A DNA stretch of 54,712 nt from Minisyncoccota bacterium (GTDB lineage Bacteria > Patescibacteriota > Minisyncoccia > 2-02-FULL-40-12 > IGHO2-12-FULL-4): assembly GCA_036517795.1 (NCBI GenBank), contig DATDTF010000024.1, forward strand, positions 1 to 54,712, given 5' to 3'. The notes below the pieces were generated by a model. The model saw only the letters and a program-made list of their open reading frames with translations, did not search any database and was not told the origin of the DNA. A program made the translations under genes and the position numbers. This document shows positions 53,587 through 54,712 of this stretch, one piece after another; the first letter of the stretch is position 1, and each line of letters begins with the position of its first letter.

Positions 53587-54592
53587 CAAATGGATCGTAT
53601 CGTTTGCTTGTCTCGTTTTTGTTCTTCAAATACCAATTTATCGTATCTTTAATTCCTTCCTCTAAACTTATTTGCTGTACAAAACCGATAGAGCGGATAC
53701 GGTAAGTGTTCATCAGTCGTATATTGTCGCCTAGTGGCGCATCTGTATCCCATTGAACTTGGACTGGTTGGGGCAGATTATTTACAATAATATCTGTAAG
53801 CTGTTTAATGCTTGTGCCCACGCCGGACCCGATGTTGTAATTATGTCCGGGAGCATTTTTTACGGCAACCATCATTCCTAGGGCAACATCTTTGGCATGA
53901 ATAAAATCTCTTATGGGAGAACCATTGCTCCACGCAACCAGAGGTTGGCCTGATTCCGAAGCGGCTATCGCTCTTTTGATAAGCGATGGAACAACCATCG
54001 CGTTCTCGGAATCAAAATTATCAAATGGGCCATAAACATTAGCAGGATAAACCGTAGTAATGTCATCCCAGCCATATTCAATCTTGTAGGCCTCGGCCTG
54101 AAGTTCGCCCATGCGCTTGGCCCAACCGGCAAATCTATCATTTGGCGAAGGGGGACCGCTCCAGACACTTTCTTCCTTGAATACTTCAGCAGGCGGATAA
54201 GCGCCGATACTGCTGGTGTAGAGATAACCCTCAACACCGGAAATGCGGGCCGCTTCCATTAAAAGCGTATTGACGGTTATTGTCGGTACGAAAAACGTTG
54301 CCGGCCGCTTAGCGGTCATTTTAGGCGAACCTTTAACGCCAAACAAACTGAAGACAAACTCCATGTCCGCACAAGCCTCAAGACAGTTTCTGGGTTCGCG
54401 CAAATCCAGCTGTCTGAATTCTGCTTTTGGGTTAGCGCGGGACGGGTGGTCTAGTGAGACAATCTTTACTTTAGCATTTTCCTCAATCAGCAAATCAACA
54501 AGAGGCGAACCTATCAGACCGGTACCGCCCACTACGAGTACTTTTTTATTTTTGAAAGAACGAGGGACACACCGGGCAGATATTTCAGTCAT
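53576..54592 (-). CDS. Extended-SDR nucleotide-sugar epimerase/reductase-like protein (GDP-fucose-synthase-like layout) with an atypical active-site motif
   Basis: VVGGTGLIGSPL, YTSSIGAY, ANVYGPFDNF. The expected YxxxK position reads AGWAK. Confidence 0.65.
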   Translation of the reverse strand: MTEISARCVPRSFKNKKVLVVGGTGLIGSPLVDLLIEENAKVKIVSLDHPSRANPKAEFRQLDLREPRNCLEACADMEFVFSLFGVKGSPKMTAKRPATFFVPTITVNTLLMEAARISGVEGYLYTSSIGAYPPAEVFKEESVWSGPPSPNDRFAGWAKRMGELQAEAYKIEYGWDDITTVYPANVYGPFDNFDSENAMVVPSLIKRAIAASESGQPLVAWSNGSPIRDFIHAKDVALGMMVAVKNAPGHNYNIGSGVGTSIKQLTDIIVNNLPQPVQVQWDTDAPLGDNIRLMNTYRIRSIGFVQQISLEEGIKDTINWYLKNKNETSKRYDPFDTV

Positions 54593-54619
54593 ATTTTCTC
54601 CCTGTAAATAACTTTGCCA

Positions 54620-54647
54620 AATATACCTTTTACGTCAGATTTGTCAA
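54620..54647 (-). promoter_or_regulatory. Near-consensus promoter TTGACA-N16-TATATT for the 54592 gene
   Basis: Minus-strand TTGACA = 54647-54642; TATATT = 54625-54620. AGGGAG SD lies 5 nt before the ATG. Confidence 0.65.
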
Positions 54648-54648
54648 T

Positions 54649-54673
54649 ATAAAAACCCTTTTACGGGTTTTTT
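54649..54673 (-). terminator. Intrinsic terminator of the partial upstream gene
   Basis: Minus-strand AAAAACCC-gtaaaa-GGGTTTTT; the stop codon TAA is inside the loop. It abuts the -35 of the next promoter. Confidence 0.6.
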
Positions 54674-54711
54674 AAAATATTTTGACGATACCAATCAATG
54701 GTTTTGGCAAT
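54661..54711 (-). CDS. 3' end of an SDR epimerase/dehydratase-like gene; 5' end lies outside the window
   Basis: The minus strand reads IAKTIDWYRQNILKNP stop. The (K)T..WY..N ending is typical of nucleotide-sugar epimerases/dehydratases. Confidence 0.45.
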   Translation of the reverse strand: MAKTIDWYRQNILKNP

Positions 54712-54712
54712 G

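Noticed and set aside
1-54712. CRISPR arrays, tRNA/rRNA genes, transposases, integrases, toxin-antitoxin or defence-system genes
   Set aside because: No spaced identical repeats, no cloverleaf-capable intergenic segments (the largest gaps are about 100 bp and read as promoters), and no ORF with recombinase, nuclease or ATPase defence signatures were found. The window is a biosynthetic locus.

Overview
The window is almost entirely coding, with about 50 genes. It reads as one large surface-glycan biosynthesis and modification locus from an AT-rich bacterium. The taxon cannot be assigned from the sequence; the many GT-C/TPR membrane proteins and mostly Shine-Dalgarno-less starts are only compatible with a CPR/Patescibacteria-like or similar genome. 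All protein calls come from motifs recognised by eye. No BLAST or HMM search was run.

Content by region:
- 0.3-7.9 kb: GT-C membrane glycosyltransferases, two of them with C-terminal TPR domains (one TMTC-like, one Wzy_C/O-antigen-ligase-like), plus a GT2 and a PQQ-type beta-propeller.
- 7.9-18.7 kb: ten tightly packed GT4/GT2/GT-B glycosyltransferases plus an epimerase, many joined by ATGA start/stop overlaps.
- 18.7-23.4 kb: a more GC-rich, SD-bearing module with a Nudix hydrolase, an SDR, a YerE-like ThDP enzyme and a ColD/RfbH-like sugar 3-dehydratase. This suggests a 3,6-dideoxy, possibly C-branched, hexose.
- 24.5-26.4 kb: a CapE/FnlA-like enzyme plus an RmlD-like reductase, suggesting a 2-acetamido-2,6-dideoxy-L-hexose.
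- 27.1-30.6 kb: an ArnT-like GT-C, an ArnC/GtrB-like GT2 and a YdjC/NaxD-like deacetylase, i.e. a lipid-linked aminosugar modification triad.
- 31.6-34.8 kb: a small membrane protein, a kinase-like/methyltransferase fusion and an LtaS/sulfatase-like membrane enzyme.
- 34.8-51.3 kb: a nonulosonic (sialic-like) acid island. It holds NeuC, NeuB, two CMP-transferases, three Gfo/Idh/MocA enzymes, an SDR, an amidotransferase/HisH/HisF acetamidino trio, a DUF115 candidate transferase, an NPPH methyltransferase, a carbamoyltransferase and a CE4 deacetylase.
- 51.4-53.5 kb: two convergent, 3'-overlapping paralogous GT-A-like genes flanked by 10-bp-phased TTGAYAC repeat arrays.

No rRNA, tRNA, CRISPR, transposase or integrase was seen. 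No Wzx/ABC exporter or priming phosphoglycosyltransferase is recognisable in the window.

Non-coding signals include several stop-codon-embedding intrinsic terminators, near-consensus sigma70-type promoters (some placed for leaderless mRNAs), and two statistically unexpected intragenic hairpins at 1.4 kb and 13.7 kb.
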